DNA of 64,000 nt. It comes from the human T2T-CHM13v2.0 reference genome, Homo sapiens. Positions 14,651 to 28,120 of the stretch are shown here, one piece after another. The stretch's first letter is position 1, and each line of letters begins with the position of its first letter. The stretch lies in assembly GCF_009914755.1 (NCBI RefSeq), contig NC_060931.1, one strand, 5' to 3'. The notes beneath the pieces are model-generated. The model had not been told where the DNA came from. It made no database searches and saw only the letters and a list, made by a program, of their open reading frames with translations. The translations under genes and the position numbers were made by a program.

Positions 14651-17600
14651 TCACGTGAACTCTCAGAACTGTCAGACCAGGGAGCAGTTGGCACTGACCA
14701 CTGGTCTTCTGAACAAGCCCAACCTCAGGTAGATAACCAGTGACCGGCAGGGAACTCAAGTCAAGGTCTGCTTGTTTGGGGTTGTAGCCTGAATTGGCAA
14801 TGGAAAAGCTGCTGGGCGCAGCAGAGATTTGCGCTGGCAAGGACTCTGAGCATGGTTTCCTCATTATCTCCAGCTTCAGGACAGAGGTTCCCCTTGAGTA
14901 TGGAAGTTTTTACCTGGAATCATCCCTCTAAATGGTATCATACAGTATGTGATCTCTGAAATTGGGTTTTTCTTCATCCAGCATTATGCCCCTGGGATCC
15001 ATCCAAGTTGTGTGTGTTAATAGTGCCTTCCTTTCATTGCTAAATAGTCCTTCATGGTATGGATAGACCACTGTTTGTTTAGTCATTCGCTTGTTGAAGG
15101 ACATTTCTGTTTCCAGTATTTAACTTTTACAAATAAAGCTGCCATAAACATTGTCGTGCGAAATTTTGTGCGCACATCCATGTTAACTCATCTAGGATAG
15201 ATGCCCAGATGTGTGATTGATGGGTCATGTTTAGATTTTTTTCATAAACTGCCGAACTGTTTTCCAGAGTGTCTATTTTATATCCCCATCCCCAGTGTAT
15301 GAAGGATCCAGTTCATCTCCATCCTCACCAGCATTTGGTGTTCTCTCTCTCTCTCTCTTAAATGTAGCTGTTCTAATAAGTATGTAGTGATACTTCACTA
15401 TGATTTTATTTTGGCATTTCACTGATGGCTAAGGATGTTGAACATCTTTTCATGTGCTCATTTTTTATCCATATGTTCTCTTGCCCTTTGGTGAACTGTC
15501 TCTTCATGTCTTTTGTCTGCTTTCTAATTGGATTATTTGATTTTTTTGTGCTGTTCATTTTTGAGAGTTCATGGTATATTCTAGAAACGATTCTTTTGTT
15601 AGAGGTGTGGTTTGCAATTATTTCCTCCCAGTCCATAGCTTGTCTTTTCATCATCTCAACAGGGTCTTCTGTTCTGTTTCACAGAACAGATGTTTTTAGT
15701 TTTGAAGATACCCAATTTATTGATTTTTCTCTTTTATGATTCATGTTTTTGATGTCATGTCTAAAAACCTTTTACATAGCCCAAGTCCCCAAATTTTGAC
15801 ATACATTTTACTCTAAGAATCTTATAGTTTTACATTTGATAGTTTATGATCCATTTTGAGTTCATTTTTTAATAAGGTGTAAGTTTCAGTTATTTTTTAG
15901 ATTTTATTTTTGCTTATGGATATCTGGTTTCTCCAGCACCATTTGTTGATAAGCTATCCTTCCTCCATTGAATTGCTTTTGAACTTTTGTCAAAAGTCAG
16001 TTGGCCATACTTATGTGAGGCTATTTCTGGGTTATCTATTCTGTTCCATTTATCTATTTGTCTGTCTGTCTGCCAACACCATACTGTCTTGATTAATGCA
16101 GTTGTATAAGTCTTAAAATCAGGTAGAGTGATTCTTCTTACTTTATTGTTTTAAAGAAAAGTGGGCTATTCTAGTCCCTTTTCCTTTCTGTTTGCATGAA
16201 CGTGGTATGCCTCTTCATTTATTTAGATTTTCTTCGATTCCTTACATCAGCATTGTGAGGTGTTCAGCATACGAGACCTCGCTGTGTTTTGTTAGATTTA
16301 CATCTTGTATTTTATTTTTCTCAGTGATTATAAATCATACTACATTTTAATATTGGTCTTCCTTTTTTCATCACTAATATAAAGAAATACCATTATTTTT
16401 TACGTTTATCTTTTATACTGTCACCTTGTGGAACTCACTAATTTGTTCTAGGATTTTTTTAATATATATATATTCCTTGAGATTTTCCATGTAGATCATC
16501 ATGTCGTCTGAAACTAGAGACAATTTTCTTTCTTTCCCATCTGTATGCCTTTTACTTCCTTTTCTTGCCTTATTGCACTGGCTGGGGTTTTTAGCACTAT
16601 GCTGCATGGAAGTGGTGAGAGCCAACATCTTGTATTTTATCCAGAGCATAGAAGGAACGTGTTCAGTCTTTCACGATTAAGTGTGATGTTAGCTATAGGC
16701 ATTTTGTAGATGTTCTTAATCAAGTTGGAGAAGTTCCCCCTCAATTCCTAGTTTTCTGATAATTTTTATCATGAATGGGTATTGAATTTTGTCAAATGGT
16801 TTTTCTGTATCAATTGACTTTCCTCTTTAACCAGTTCATCTGGTGGGTTACATTGATGTTCAAATATTTGACCAGCCTTTCATCCCTAGAATTGTTTATT
16901 CTATATAATTCTAATTATATATTACTGAATTTTATTTGCTAATATTTTGTTAGATTTTTTTTATATCTACATCCATGAGGGATATTGGCCTGTAGTTTTC
17001 TGTTTTGTACTATCTTCGTCTGGTGTTGGTATCAGGGTAATACTGACTTTGTAAAGTGACTTGGGAAGTGTTGCTTCCTCTTCTATTTTCTGGAAGAGAT
17101 TGGTTAAAACTGGTGTTAATTCTTTAAACATTTGCTAGAATTTGTCAGTGAAACCATCTGGGCATGGAGTTTACTTTTTCAGGAATTTTTAAATTATAAA
17201 GTCAATTTCTTTAGAAATTGTAGGATTTTTCAATTTACCCTTTATGTTGGATGAGTTGTGGTAGTTGTGTTTCAAAGAATAGTTCATTTGATCTAAGTTG
17301 TCAAATTTATGTGTGTAGAGTTGTTTATAATATTCCTTCATTAACCTTTTGATGCCTGCAGAGTATGTAGTAAAATTTCATTTTATTTCTGAATTTGTTA
17401 GTGTCTTTTCACTCTTATTTTTCAGGCTTGCAGTGATTTGCCAACTTGATTGATAATTTTCAAAGAACCAACTTCTGGTTTCATTGATTTTCTCTATTTT
17501 TTTTGTTTTCTTTTTATTGAATTCTTCTCTTTATTATTTCCTTTCTACTGTTAGCTTTGAGTCTATTTTGCATTTCTTTTTCTAGTTTGTTAACATGGCA

Positions 17601-17723
17601 ATTAGATTATTGATTTGAGACTTTTTCTTTTTTCTTATGTAAGTATTTAGTACTATTAACTACCTTTCAGCACTGCTTTAGCTGCATCCCGTAGATTTTG
17701 GCATATGTTCATTCAGATGAGCA

Positions 17724-17744
17724 TATATATATATATATATATAT
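17724..17744. repeat. (TA)n microsatellite
   Basis: tatatatatatatatatatat. Confidence 0.85.
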
Positions 17745-18118
17745 GTTTTTGTTGTTTTTTTTTTTTTTCCTTGAGACTTCCTCTTTGACCTGTGGCTAAT
17801 TTAGAAATGCTTGGAAATTTTCCTGTTATCTAACTGTTACTAGTTTTAGTTTGATTCTGTTTTGGTTTGAGAGTACATAATGTGTATGATTTCAGTTATT
17901 TTAAATTTGTTGAGTTTTGTTTTATGGCCAAGGTCTCTTAATACATACTCTTGGGTACCTGAAAAGAATGTATTCTGCCATTGTTGCATGGAGTATTTTA
18001 TAAATGTCAATTAGATCTTGTTTGATGATGTCTTAGCTTATTTTATGTCTGATTGTTCAAGGGAGATGTTGACATCTCCAACTATAATTGAGAATTTGTT
18101 TATTTCTCCTTAAATTCT

Positions 18119-18408
18119 CTTTTCTTTTTTTTGAGACGGAATCTCTATCACCCAGGATGGAGTGCAGTGGTATGATCTCAGCTCACTGCAACCTCTGCCT
18201 CCTGGGTTCGAGCAATTCTCTGCCTCACCCTCTCGAGTAGCTGGGATTACAGGCACCCGCCACCACGCCCTGCTAATTTTTGTATTTTTAGTGGAGACGG
18301 GGTTTCAGCATTTTGGCCAGGCTGGTCTTGAACTCCTGACTTCGTGATCCACCCCACTTGGCCTCCCAAAGTGCTGGGATTACAGGCGTGAGCCACAGCG
18401 CCCCACTG
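18119..18408 (-). mobile_element. AluS element inserted in the old L1
   Basis: Antisense Alu; 16-bp TSD tttctccttaaattct at 18103-18118 and 18409-18424. Confidence 0.92.
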
Positions 18409-21400
18409 TTTCTCCTTAAATTCTATCAGTTTTGGCTTTGTGTGATTGAAATTTCTATTGTTTTATGCATACACATTTAGGATTTCTATGTCTTCCTTTT
18501 ACATTGACTCTTTAATCATTTTGTAATGTCTCTCTCTATCCCTGGTAAATTTTTTTGCTCTGATATCTACTTTTTCTGTTATCACTACAGCCACTCCTAC
18601 TTTCTTTAGATTAAAGTTTGCATGGTGTATAATTTCTATTCTATTAATTTCAACTTACATATATTGCTATATTTTGAAGTAAGTTTCTTTAAACAGCATA
18701 TATTTGGATGATATTTGTTAAATCATTTATTACAGCCTCTTTTAATTGGTATATTTAGAATATCTACACTTAATGCAATTATTGATATGTTATTGATAAG
18801 TCTGCTATTTAACTTATTTTTTGTTTTTCTGTTTGTTCCTTCTCTTTTTGTCTGTTTTTTTTCCTATGTTGCTGTGGTTTATGTGAGCAATTTTTAGAAT
18901 TCCATTTTGATTTATATATAGTATATCTTGTTGCATACAATTTTTTGTAGTTTATCTAGATATGTATTATTTTTACATAACATTACAGCCTACTGATGTC
19001 AACATTTTAACAAGTTTAGTGTAGAAACTTTACCTCTCTTTCAGTCCCTTTATCCTTCCCCATTTATAACATAAATGTCATAAATATTTCCTCTATATAT
19101 ATCAGACAAATTTATAATCTTTGGTTCAACCAGAAAACATGTAGAAAATTCAAGAGAAGGAGGAAAGTATATTGCATTTAGCCACAATTTTTATCCTTTC
19201 TGTCATTTGTCTTTGTGATGTTCCAACATTCCTTCTTTTACTATTTTCTTTTTTGTTTCAAGAATTTCTTTTTGCTCTTCTTTAGGTTGATTATAAACTC
19301 TCAACTTTCCTTTATCTAAAAATATTATAATTTTTTTTTCATTTCTGAAGTATAATTTTGCTAGATGTTGAATTCTGGGTTGACAGTTCTTAAGCACTTG
19401 ATGAATGTTTTCCCACTTTTTTCTGGCTTCCATGGTTTCTGAAGAAATGATGCTATCATTCTAGTTACTTTTTTTCCTCCCCCAAAAAATCAGATATTAG
19501 TTTTCTCATGCTGCTTTCAAGAATTTTCCTTTGTCTTTTGTTCTTGGAAGTTTGATTGTGATGTGTGTTGGCATCTGTTTCTTTGAGTTTGCCCTGTTTG
19601 AGATTTGCTAACTTACTTCAATCTGTACGTTTATATCTTTTGCCAAACTTGGGACATTTTCTGCTATTATTTCTTCTAATATTTGTCCAGTCTTACACCC
19701 TTTTTCTTCCTTTCGGGACTCTGATGACATGAATGAATGTTAAATTTTCCATTTTAGTTCCACAGTTCCAAAGGCTCTGTTTTGTTTTTTTTTTTTAAGT
19801 CTGTTTTCTTTTCATTGTTCAGATTGGATAATTTCTGTGACTCTGTCTTCCAGGTCAGGAATTCTTTACTGTGTGCACTTCAGTCTGCAGTTCAGCTCAT
19901 CCATTAGGTTTTAAATTTTGATTATTGTATTTTTCAGGTCTGTAATTTTTATCTGTTCTTTCTTATACTTTCCTTTTTTCTGAGACTTGCTATAATTTGT
20001 TTCAGGTGTGTTCATAATTACTTATTGAAGCATTTTTATAATGACTGCTTTAAAATTCTTGTCAGATAATTTTAACAACTCTATCATCTTGAAGTTAGTA
20101 TCTGTTGATTATCTTTCTCAAGTTGACATTTTTTAAGGCTTGATATTATGAGTGGTTTCTTTTTTTTTATGTCCTAGACATTTGGGTATTATGTTGTGAT
20201 ACTCTGGATCCTACTGAAATTTTTTGTTTTAGCAAGTCTCTTCAGACTTTACAGCATTGGGGCAGTGTGGGTGGAATTCCGGGTTTCCCACTTATCCTCC
20301 ATGACAGCCTGGCATTTGGCACCAAGGTGATGCCTGGCACCTTGTTACTGTTGAGTAGAATATGGACATTCTGCATCCTTGTTCAGCATCCACTGACAAT
20401 GCAAGTGGGAGCTCATTACCACTCAGTGGAGATGAGCATCTCCACTCCCTGTTCAGGTTTTTCTGACACTATGTCAGTGGGGCCTTGGGTGTGCCTCCTC
20501 ACAGCCTAATAAAGATCAAAGTCGAGGCTCCCCACATGGTCTTTGCTGGCCTGGGTGGAGCTGGGGCCACAGATTTTTTTTTTTTTTTTTTATGGTCTTT
20601 GGCTACAATAGGGTGGTTATTGTCTAAAAGTTTTGTTTTGCTAGGTTGCCCCTTTTTTTTTCTTTGGCTAGAAACAACAGGCTTTTTTGTAGGGGCTTTA
20701 AAAAAGTTGATCTGTATCCAGTGGCATTTTTTGGCTGCTGGTTTCTCTTGTTTCTAGTCTGGGATAAATAAGGCAGAAAGAAACCTCAAGGGACACCACC
20801 CACCCGACACTGTTTTCCTTTGAGTTGCAAGGTCCCTGCGATCACCCTCTTCTTTCCACCTTTCACAGTCTGTGTGCTTATTTTACATGTATTGTCAGTG
20901 CTTTTACCACTCAGTAGGAATAAAAACAAGTGTGTTCATTTCATCTTTTCTGGAACCGCATGGCTAGCCTCTTTTAATATTCTTATTTTCTTCTCAAGTA
21001 TATTAAGTACCAGAGGTTCTGTTTATGAAGCACTGATAGTGAGTTCATGGCAAGTGGTTTTAAATTAGACTCTATTTTCCTTTTGGCAAATGGGTGCTTT
21101 CTCGTATCCCTCATGTGACATATGGAAGCTGTGGAGGAGAGGCTCACTCTCTGTTCCCATCAGCCCTGGCCAGAGTGAGAGACTGGTGAAGCCACTCCGT
21201 TTGCCACCGTTTCTCTCTCTTAGAAGGAGGGGGTTGGACTCCTGCTCTTGTAACTCTGGGGAATCTCTTTCTGCATGTGTTGGGGTTTTATGAGTTTAGG
21301 AACCTGCTCTTACTGGGATGCTGTTCTCCCCACTGCAAACGTGTTTAATCACCTAATCCTTGCTGCCATGCCATCACTCAGGGGCCATAAAACCGCCATT

Positions 21401-21604
21401 ACAGGTGTGGGAACCCCAACACTGGCTGCTGAGATGACTCACCTGCCATCTCACCACCAGCAGGGCAGAGTCATGATTATTAAATGTCAGATTCCCAAAC
21501 CCGACCCCACCCTGCAGCGGATCTGGCTGGAGGGAGAGTACAGGTGCTTTTCTTCAATAAGTGGAGAATTTGATGATACTCCTTTATTTCCATGATGGCT
21601 CCAG

Positions 21605-21799
21605 CGGAGGGCATTAAGAACAGCCTCGGAAAAACTCAGAAACCGCTCATCTTTTTCTACCAACGTTGTCTACACCACCCCGGGCACTCGCGTCAACAGG
21701 TACATCAGCCGCCTCTTAGAAGCCCGCCAGACAGAGCTGGAGATGGCAGACCTGAACTTCTTTACCCTGAAGTACAAACATGTCGAACGGGAGCAAAAG
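21605..21799 (+). CDS. ADCY1: ADCY1 exon 9 (C1b)
   Basis: ctccag|CGGAGG…CAAAAG|gtaagc; RRALRTASEKLRNRSSFSTNVVYTTPGTRVNRYISRLLEARQTELEMADLNFFTLKYKHVEREQK; 195 bp. Confidence 0.95.
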
Positions 21800-21901
21800 G
21801 TAAGCAACTCTGGTTTTCGGCTTCCCTGGTGCTGCTTGCGAAGGCGCTGCCTGGCTGGAGGAAGCCCTCAGCCCTGATGGATTGACTTCTCTCTTACACA
21901 G

Positions 21902-21999
21902 TACCACCAGCTTCAGGACGAGTATTTCACCAGCGCCGTTGTCCTCACCCTCATCCTGGCTGCCTTATTTGGCCTTGTCTACCTTCTAATATTCCCACA
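21902..21999 (+). CDS. ADCY1: ADCY1 exon 10 (start of M2)
   Basis: acacag|TACCAC…CCACA|gtgagt; YHQLQDEYFTSAVVLTLILAALFGLVYLLIFPQ; 98 bp. Confidence 0.95.
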
Positions 22000-22333
22000 G
22001 TGAGTATTTCTATCAACGAGGTGAGGAACTCACCAAGAAGTCCCGGTTTCTGGGGTTCGTGGTTGTGTTTCTGGGGTTCGTGGTTGTGTTTCTGTTGTAT
22101 GCTCAAGCTTCGTCTCCCACAGTTATTGTCCCAATGTGCCCAACATGGCTGACATTAGCCAGCCATCATTTCCTCATTTTCTCAAGTCAGTAGTGTAACA
22201 AGCCTTGATGGTATATGGCATGGGACTGGTCACTTTCCATTTTAAATTTTGAATTTACTTAATTCTAAGACACAATATATTTTCATGCTTTTTCATCCAT
22301 GCAACATGCACCATTGCTGTAATAATAGCTTTT

Positions 22334-22654
22334 GGCTGGGTGTAGTGGCTCATACCTGTAACCCCAGCACTTTGGGAGGCTGAAGCAGGAGGATTATTTG
22401 AGGCCAGTAGTCCAAGACCAGCCTGAGCAATATAGCAACACTCTATCTACAAAAAAAAAAAAAAAAAAAATTAGCCAGGCATGGCAGCACTTGCTTGTAG
22501 TAGTCCCAGCTACTCAGGAAGCTGAGGCAGGAGGATCCCTTGAGCTCAGGAGTCTAAGCTGCAGTGAGCTATGATCTCACCACTACACTCCAGCCTGGAT
22601 GACATAGTGAGACTTTGTCTCTAAAAATAATAATAATAATAATAATAACAATAA
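22334..22654 (+). mobile_element. AluJ-like element with expanded middle A-run and (AAT)n tail
   Basis: ggctgggtgtagtggctcatacctgtaaccccagcactttgggagg…; tail aaaaataataataataataataataac. Confidence 0.88.
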
Positions 22655-23447
22655 CTTTTGAGAAGAAACTGCACTTAATGAGCTCATTGGCTTCTAAATC
22701 CATGTCATTTTCAAAAACTTAAAATCCCTCTTAAAAGGAAGAAAAACAGTAGTTTAAATAACATTTAAACATCATATAAGTAAATGTGAGTTTGGCAGCT
22801 TTTATTTTATTTTATTTTTTTTGCAAGAAAGACACCACTGAGTCTGCACTTGCCACTTTACTTTCAAGTGTACTCATTTCTTAATAAAACCTACCTACGG
22901 GAATACTACCTCCTCTGAGTTTGAAAGCACATGGAGGCCACCCCACACCTGCGGAGGAGGAGGGAGTTCAGCCCTGGGTGCTCTGCATCCTGCCCAGCCC
23001 ACAGACACTGAACACAGCAGCCTGCCTCATGGGCCTATTTGGGATTTAAGCGTTTTCTAAAAATGTCCTTCCCAGACAAAGCCCAGCTAGAGAATAGCTC
23101 AGCAAAGTCTGGGAAACTCTTGTCTTTCCATCATGAGGAAAACGGCTTCCAGAAAAGTTCTGTGATTCTCAGCCTAAGCTAGATCTCTGCGGTGGGGGTA
23201 GGAGAAGTGGGAGGTAGACTCAGGAGGGGCCCCCTTCTTACTCAGGAACCCCAGATGCCCTGCCCTAAAAAATAGAACCAGCCATGTCAGTTCCCAGAGA
23301 CCTGAGTGGCAGGCATCCAGGTTAACGATGCTGCTTCCTCCTGAGAGCACAGGGGATGTGGAGGGAGGGGCCAATTCTCAGCCATCTCTTGGGTCCGCCT
23401 CTCCTAATCCCCACCTATCAGTGACTCTCATGTTTTCTGTCCCCCAG

Positions 23448-23532
23448 GAGTGTGGTCGTCCTGCTCCTGCTAGTATTCTGCATCTGCTTCCTGGTGGCCT
23501 GTGTCCTGTACCTGCACATCACCCGGGTCCAG
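23448..23532 (+). CDS. ADCY1: ADCY1 exon 11 (M2)
   Basis: ccccag|GAGTGTG…GTCCAG|gtatgt; SVVVLLLLVFCICFLVACVLYLHITRVQ; 85 bp. Confidence 0.93.
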
Positions 23533-23731
23533 GTATGTGGGTGGCCTGTGTCCTGTACCTGCATATCACCTGGTTCATGTATGTGAGTGGCCTGTATCCT
23601 GCACCTGCATATCACCTGGTCCAGGTATGAGGGTGGCCTGTGTCCTATACCTGCATATCACCTTGTTCAGGTATGTGGGTGGCCTGTGTCCTGTACCTGC
23701 ATATCACCTGGTCCAGGTATGAGGGTGGCCT
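23493..23731 (+). repeat. Five-copy 46-47 bp tandem repeat comprising the exon 11 3' end and its splice donor
   Basis: Units start at 23493, 23540, 23586, 23632 and 23678; consensus ggtggcctgtgtcctgtacctgcatatcacctggtccaggtatgtg. Confidence 0.93.
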
Positions 23732-25774
23732 CTGCCTGCCCTCTGGGTGGGATGGGGTGGGATAGGGGAGGCAGTTCTGTTCCCTCCCCTGCCTAGACAG
23801 GAAGAAAGAGTCTGCTCATATAGCAGGTGCTCATGAAGACCCAGTTCTGCACTGGGCACATGCACTCCTTTGGGAGTGTACCTGGTGGGCACAATAGACT
23901 GGCGATTGATATTGATTAAACAAATGAGCACAAGATACTGATCCTGTTCTCTTGGAATGGAGAGTCTAGCAGCAGGACAGAAGAGGGATGTTTATTCTGT
24001 GTTTATGTCACAGACTTTGGAGAGGGGTGACATTTTCCAGGTACATTGTGCTATCTGGGCCCTGATGCCTCATCTGCTTTGCTCTGTGGGCTTTTGCAGG
24101 AAAGACGTGAGCTTTGCGGCCTTGTACTATCTGTGGCTCACTTGGAGGACTGTATAGTTCCTAGTCCTGCATTCCTTCATCACATTCTCCACCTTCATTT
24201 CTAAACGACTCGTTTCCCTCAGCCGACCCCAGGATGTCACTTCTGGCAGACCCAGTGTTATATTTGCATAATTACTGAAAACAGCAACTTTTTGAAAAGA
24301 TTAAATCTAGTTTCATTCATTTAACTTTGTCATTATTCATAGGTAATATCTTGAGTTTTTAAATTAAAAAAATGCTAACTATTAAAACTTCATTCCTATT
24401 TCTTTGACTTGTATAGATTGAGTGACATTTGGTTTGACAAATTTTAAAATTTACCACTTCAAGTAAAACTGCTGTTTTTCATATAATTTCAAGTGAAAGC
24501 AGGACAGAAGGATGATAGTTTTTAAAGCCTATTCCTTAGTCCTCAGTGGTGGGAACCAGTGTGCCCACCCAATGGTGTACAAATAGCATTAGACATGCAG
24601 AAAGTGTGAAAAGCCATTGGGCAAGAAGAGCGATGACAAAGCAGAAGCCAAGGAATGCGCCAGCCTGGAAAGCTCTGCCCAAAGGTCCTGGCCCAGGAAT
24701 ACTGATTCTTGCGAGTGGATGTACACTGCTTTCTGTGACTCCACGAGAGCCTCCCAAGCCAGGTGGTGAGACGGGTCAGCCCCTTTCCCACATGTGAGGA
24801 AAGTGGGCTCAGGCAGGCTAAGGGATGTGCTCATGAAACCAGGAAGCAAAATCTGCACCCAATCTGTCCATAAAAATAATATTCAAATTAAGAAAACTCT
24901 CGGTTCTAAAAAACACATGATCTGTGGGATTGGGGCGCTAAGTCATCTGCCCAGAATTACCCCCCTTTTGTTAATAAGGGAGCTGCCCTCATGGCTGGGA
25001 ACTTTGGCCAGAATAATTCCAGGTGCTGACATTAAAGGAGGCTAGCCTGCAGTTATCCCATGAAGCTTCTTCTGTATTCCAGTGTTTTGTTCTCTTGGTG
25101 GACTCTGCCCTGGATGCCACTAGCTCCTTTCCTTCTGAATATTCACTCTCCCTTCTCACCCTCTTCTGTGAGCAAGCATAGAGCGTTTTTTCCTAAGTGT
25201 GTGGTTTGGAGGTGCTAGGTTCGAAAAGCAGTGGGGGTCCAGCTTTCCTGGGAGTGCCATCAGTGGTGCTTGCGGCTGTTGTGGAAGAAGCAGAGTGGAG
25301 ACTAAGTGCCCAGACTTCTCAGCTAGGACAGGAGAGGGGATTCAGCTCACAGCCAGTGTGTACTGGGTCAGGGTTTGATTGAATCACAAGTATTTAGGCT
25401 CCTGTTCGCAGGCTCTGCACCGGGCTCTGAGCATCCCTGCTGACCCTGGGCCAGGGAAGAGGCCTGTGCAAATGGCTGTGGGAATGGAGGTGAGGGAGGT
25501 TTGCAGGAAGCCAGCAGGGGATAGGTCAGGGCCACCCAGCAGAAGGCCATTGTGGCCTGAGTGGACGCGGTGGGTCATGCAGACGGAGTTAGTTCCAGAA
25601 CACATCCTTGAGAAGGCCGGGTAGAAATGTTTCCCTCCCCGACATTGACAGTGTCCAGAGCCAGGGTGCCCAGGGCAGTGTGGCAGTTCCATGGCCCCTT
25701 GGGACCTTCACCCCTATCTGGTTTCCCCATCCCCATCCCTCGGGGGTATGTCAACTCCAGGCTTGGGCTCCAGT

Positions 25775-25905
25775 TGTCTGGGCCTCAGGGTTGCCCTCTG
25801 TGAAATGGCGGTGATGATGGCCCCCACCTCACTGGCTTGACATGAGGATTCAGTGAGCTCATTTGCACAAAGTCTGTGGAGCAGAGCCTGGCACAGCACA
25901 CGCTC
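25775..25905. mobile_element. MIR fragment
   Basis: ctgggcctcagggttgccctctgtgaaatgg…tgaggattcagtgag…cctggcacag resembles the MIR core. Confidence 0.65.
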
Positions 25906-26739
25906 AGTTGGAGTGTTCTGAAGTCAGATGAGACAGAGAAGCTGCATGGGGGTGGGGCAGTGGGTGTAGCTCATCCCGGGAATCAGGGTGGGGAGGTGCC
26001 TAATCCTGTCCATCTTGACCATCTGCAGAGGGCGGCAGAGCTGACCCGAGGGTCCTGCCGAGGGTTGAAAAGGAATGTCTGGGGCAGGATGTGGACTTTT
26101 TCTGTCAGGGTTGCAGGCTGAGGTTTGCATGGCTAGGCCTGGAGAACATCAGGAGCGGGCAGAGGAGAGGAGGAAGCCCAGGAGGTGTGCACTGGCTGGA
26201 CCCCGGGGTGCTGCAGGTGGGGCAGGCCGAGGTCAAGGCGTCAGGCACATTCAGAGGCCCTTGGCTGGACCCTGGGGATGTGGGCACAATGTGGTCCACA
26301 AGGTGGCTGGGTGTGCCTCGGATAAGCTGCTTCTGCTTCTCCCACCCTGGCCTGGTGCTCACAGACCTGCATTTCAGCCCTGTTTTCCCCATCCTCCTTC
26401 TCGCCGTCCTAGGGCTCTAAGAGAGGCAGATGGGACAGGCTCAGGAGGGTGTTGGGCCCACCCAGGCTGGCTAGGGTAGAGGCCGCATCCCATCATAGGT
26501 CCCCAAGCCAAGGTGTGGAAGGTGGTAGGTGGTGGAAGGAAGATTTTCACCAGTTATGATACTCGAGTTAAACTAGGTGGCTTTGAAGAAAAGAGAAAAC
26601 CTTGGCAGAGATCCTTAAGGTAGGGGGAAGGGAGCCTCACCGCACAGAGGGGAGTGTAGCACCATCAGAGACAGCCCGAGGGCTTCATTCTAGCCCCTGT
26701 GAGTGCAGACGGTCAGGAAATGGTGCCTGCTTTTTCTCC

Positions 26740-27670
26740 CTCTCATCCTCAGTTGACATCATCTCCCGAAGTGCCACAATGGCCACTTTGTTCATGAGCC
26801 CATTGGGATGACAGGAGTGGCCGAGGAAATAGAATGACTGGTGTCCACAGTAGGGGTTGTCCTATCCACTGGATTTGAATTCTCCGCTGCTTAGGTCACC
26901 CTTTAGTGAACATTCATATGGGACACAGTATCTTAACATTTTTCACCCACTTGGAGAGGTTTATCTACATACTTTTCCCCCAGACCCCCTTGTCATTAAT
27001 TTTCCAACCATGTCTTTCCCAACTCCCTGAACATCCAGCCAAACCGTTGTCCACAGCTTATGAATCAGTATATGACTACATCTCACCATTTCTCCTTGGA
27101 AACAAAGTACCCACCCAGGGGAACTGCCCAAAGTTCTGCCCAATGGGAGGATTTCCCTTCACCATTGTCCCTCAGGGCTGTGTCATTTGGGCTGAAGTGC
27201 TGCAGCTGCCCACAAGGCCTGAGCTTCTCTTACTCTGTCACCTAATCAGAGGGAGCTCCCCATGAGGCCATAGGTACAGGCTGGGAGAGAGAAGGCAGGG
27301 TAGCAGGACTGGGGACTATGGTCATTGGGGCCATTTTGTCGTGTCACTTACTTGTGCCTTAAGGGTCTGCTCGGAGCTGATCATATATATTAGCACTTTC
27401 ATTTGATGATGGAGGGCTGCTGTTCACACCCAGCTTTATGGCTTGGTGGGTCAGGTAACGCCCAGTTCATGATGGGCAGCTCAGGTCATGCGGTAACTTG
27501 GCCCACAGGTAGGGGTTCAGGCTCTACTCAGGCCCAGCGGCAGGCCAAGAGGCTTTCTCAAAAGGAGAATAGTTACCTGCAAAAGATGGCAGGATCTTGC
27601 TCTAAAATCCTGTTCCCAGGCCTGTGGTATGGCTCCCGCATGGGGGCCTGCCAGTGGCTCTGGTGGCCTC
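26740..27670 (-). mobile_element. ERVL/HERV-L-like internal pol (RT connection/RNase H) remnant
   Basis: Segments such as cccagttcatgatgggcagctcagg, ttctcaaaaggagaatagttacctgc and gatttcccttcaccattgtccctcaggg resemble recalled HERV-L pol on the minus strand; no intact ORF. Confidence 0.7.
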
Positions 27671-27899
27671 CCTTAGCACACCGAGCTCACGCCAGGTGGA
27701 AGCGGGGGAAGCAGATGATGGGAGGCTGCAGTGGGGATCAAGGACTTGCACCTGCGTCTTGCCCAGAGGCCAGGTTGGGACTGGGAGGGAAGTGCAGTGA
27801 TTCACGGTCAGTAAAGTGTTTGAGCCTCACACCGCTGCAGAGCAGCGGTTCTTCTGAGATCAGCAGAGACCACTGGGTTGGTGAAATACCCAATGGTAT

Positions 27900-28120
27900 C
27901 TTGGGACTTGGGAAACCTAGAACTGGATCCTAGATCCATAACCCACCAGCTGGGTAAGCTGGGACACACTGCCCTGTCCTTGTCCATAGAAGAAGTGATG
28001 CTGGACTGGGTGGATTTGTGCCACCTTTTTCTCAACTGTAGAGCGGAGTTAGTAATGATCTGACCTCATGTGGGGGTTAAAGGAATAACCGTGTAGCCGG
28101 CGAAGGGCACCCCGACTAGT
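27900..28120. mobile_element. MIR-like fragment
   Basis: Degenerate MIR-core-like sequence. Confidence 0.4.

Larger units (their letters stand above)
14930..20950 (-). mobile_element. Old, degraded L1M element(s), antisense
   Basis: T-rich sequence with decayed ORF2-like (…NPIRKQTKDMKRQF…; …[15 protein letters not shown]…) and ORF1-like (MEARKKWENIHQVLKNCQPRIQHLAKLYF) translations on the minus strand. Confidence 0.8.

Noticed and set aside
21800-21901. 102-nt intron 9 (multiple of 3) as an in-frame retained intron
   Set aside because: It contains an in-frame TGA at codon 26, so retention would truncate the protein
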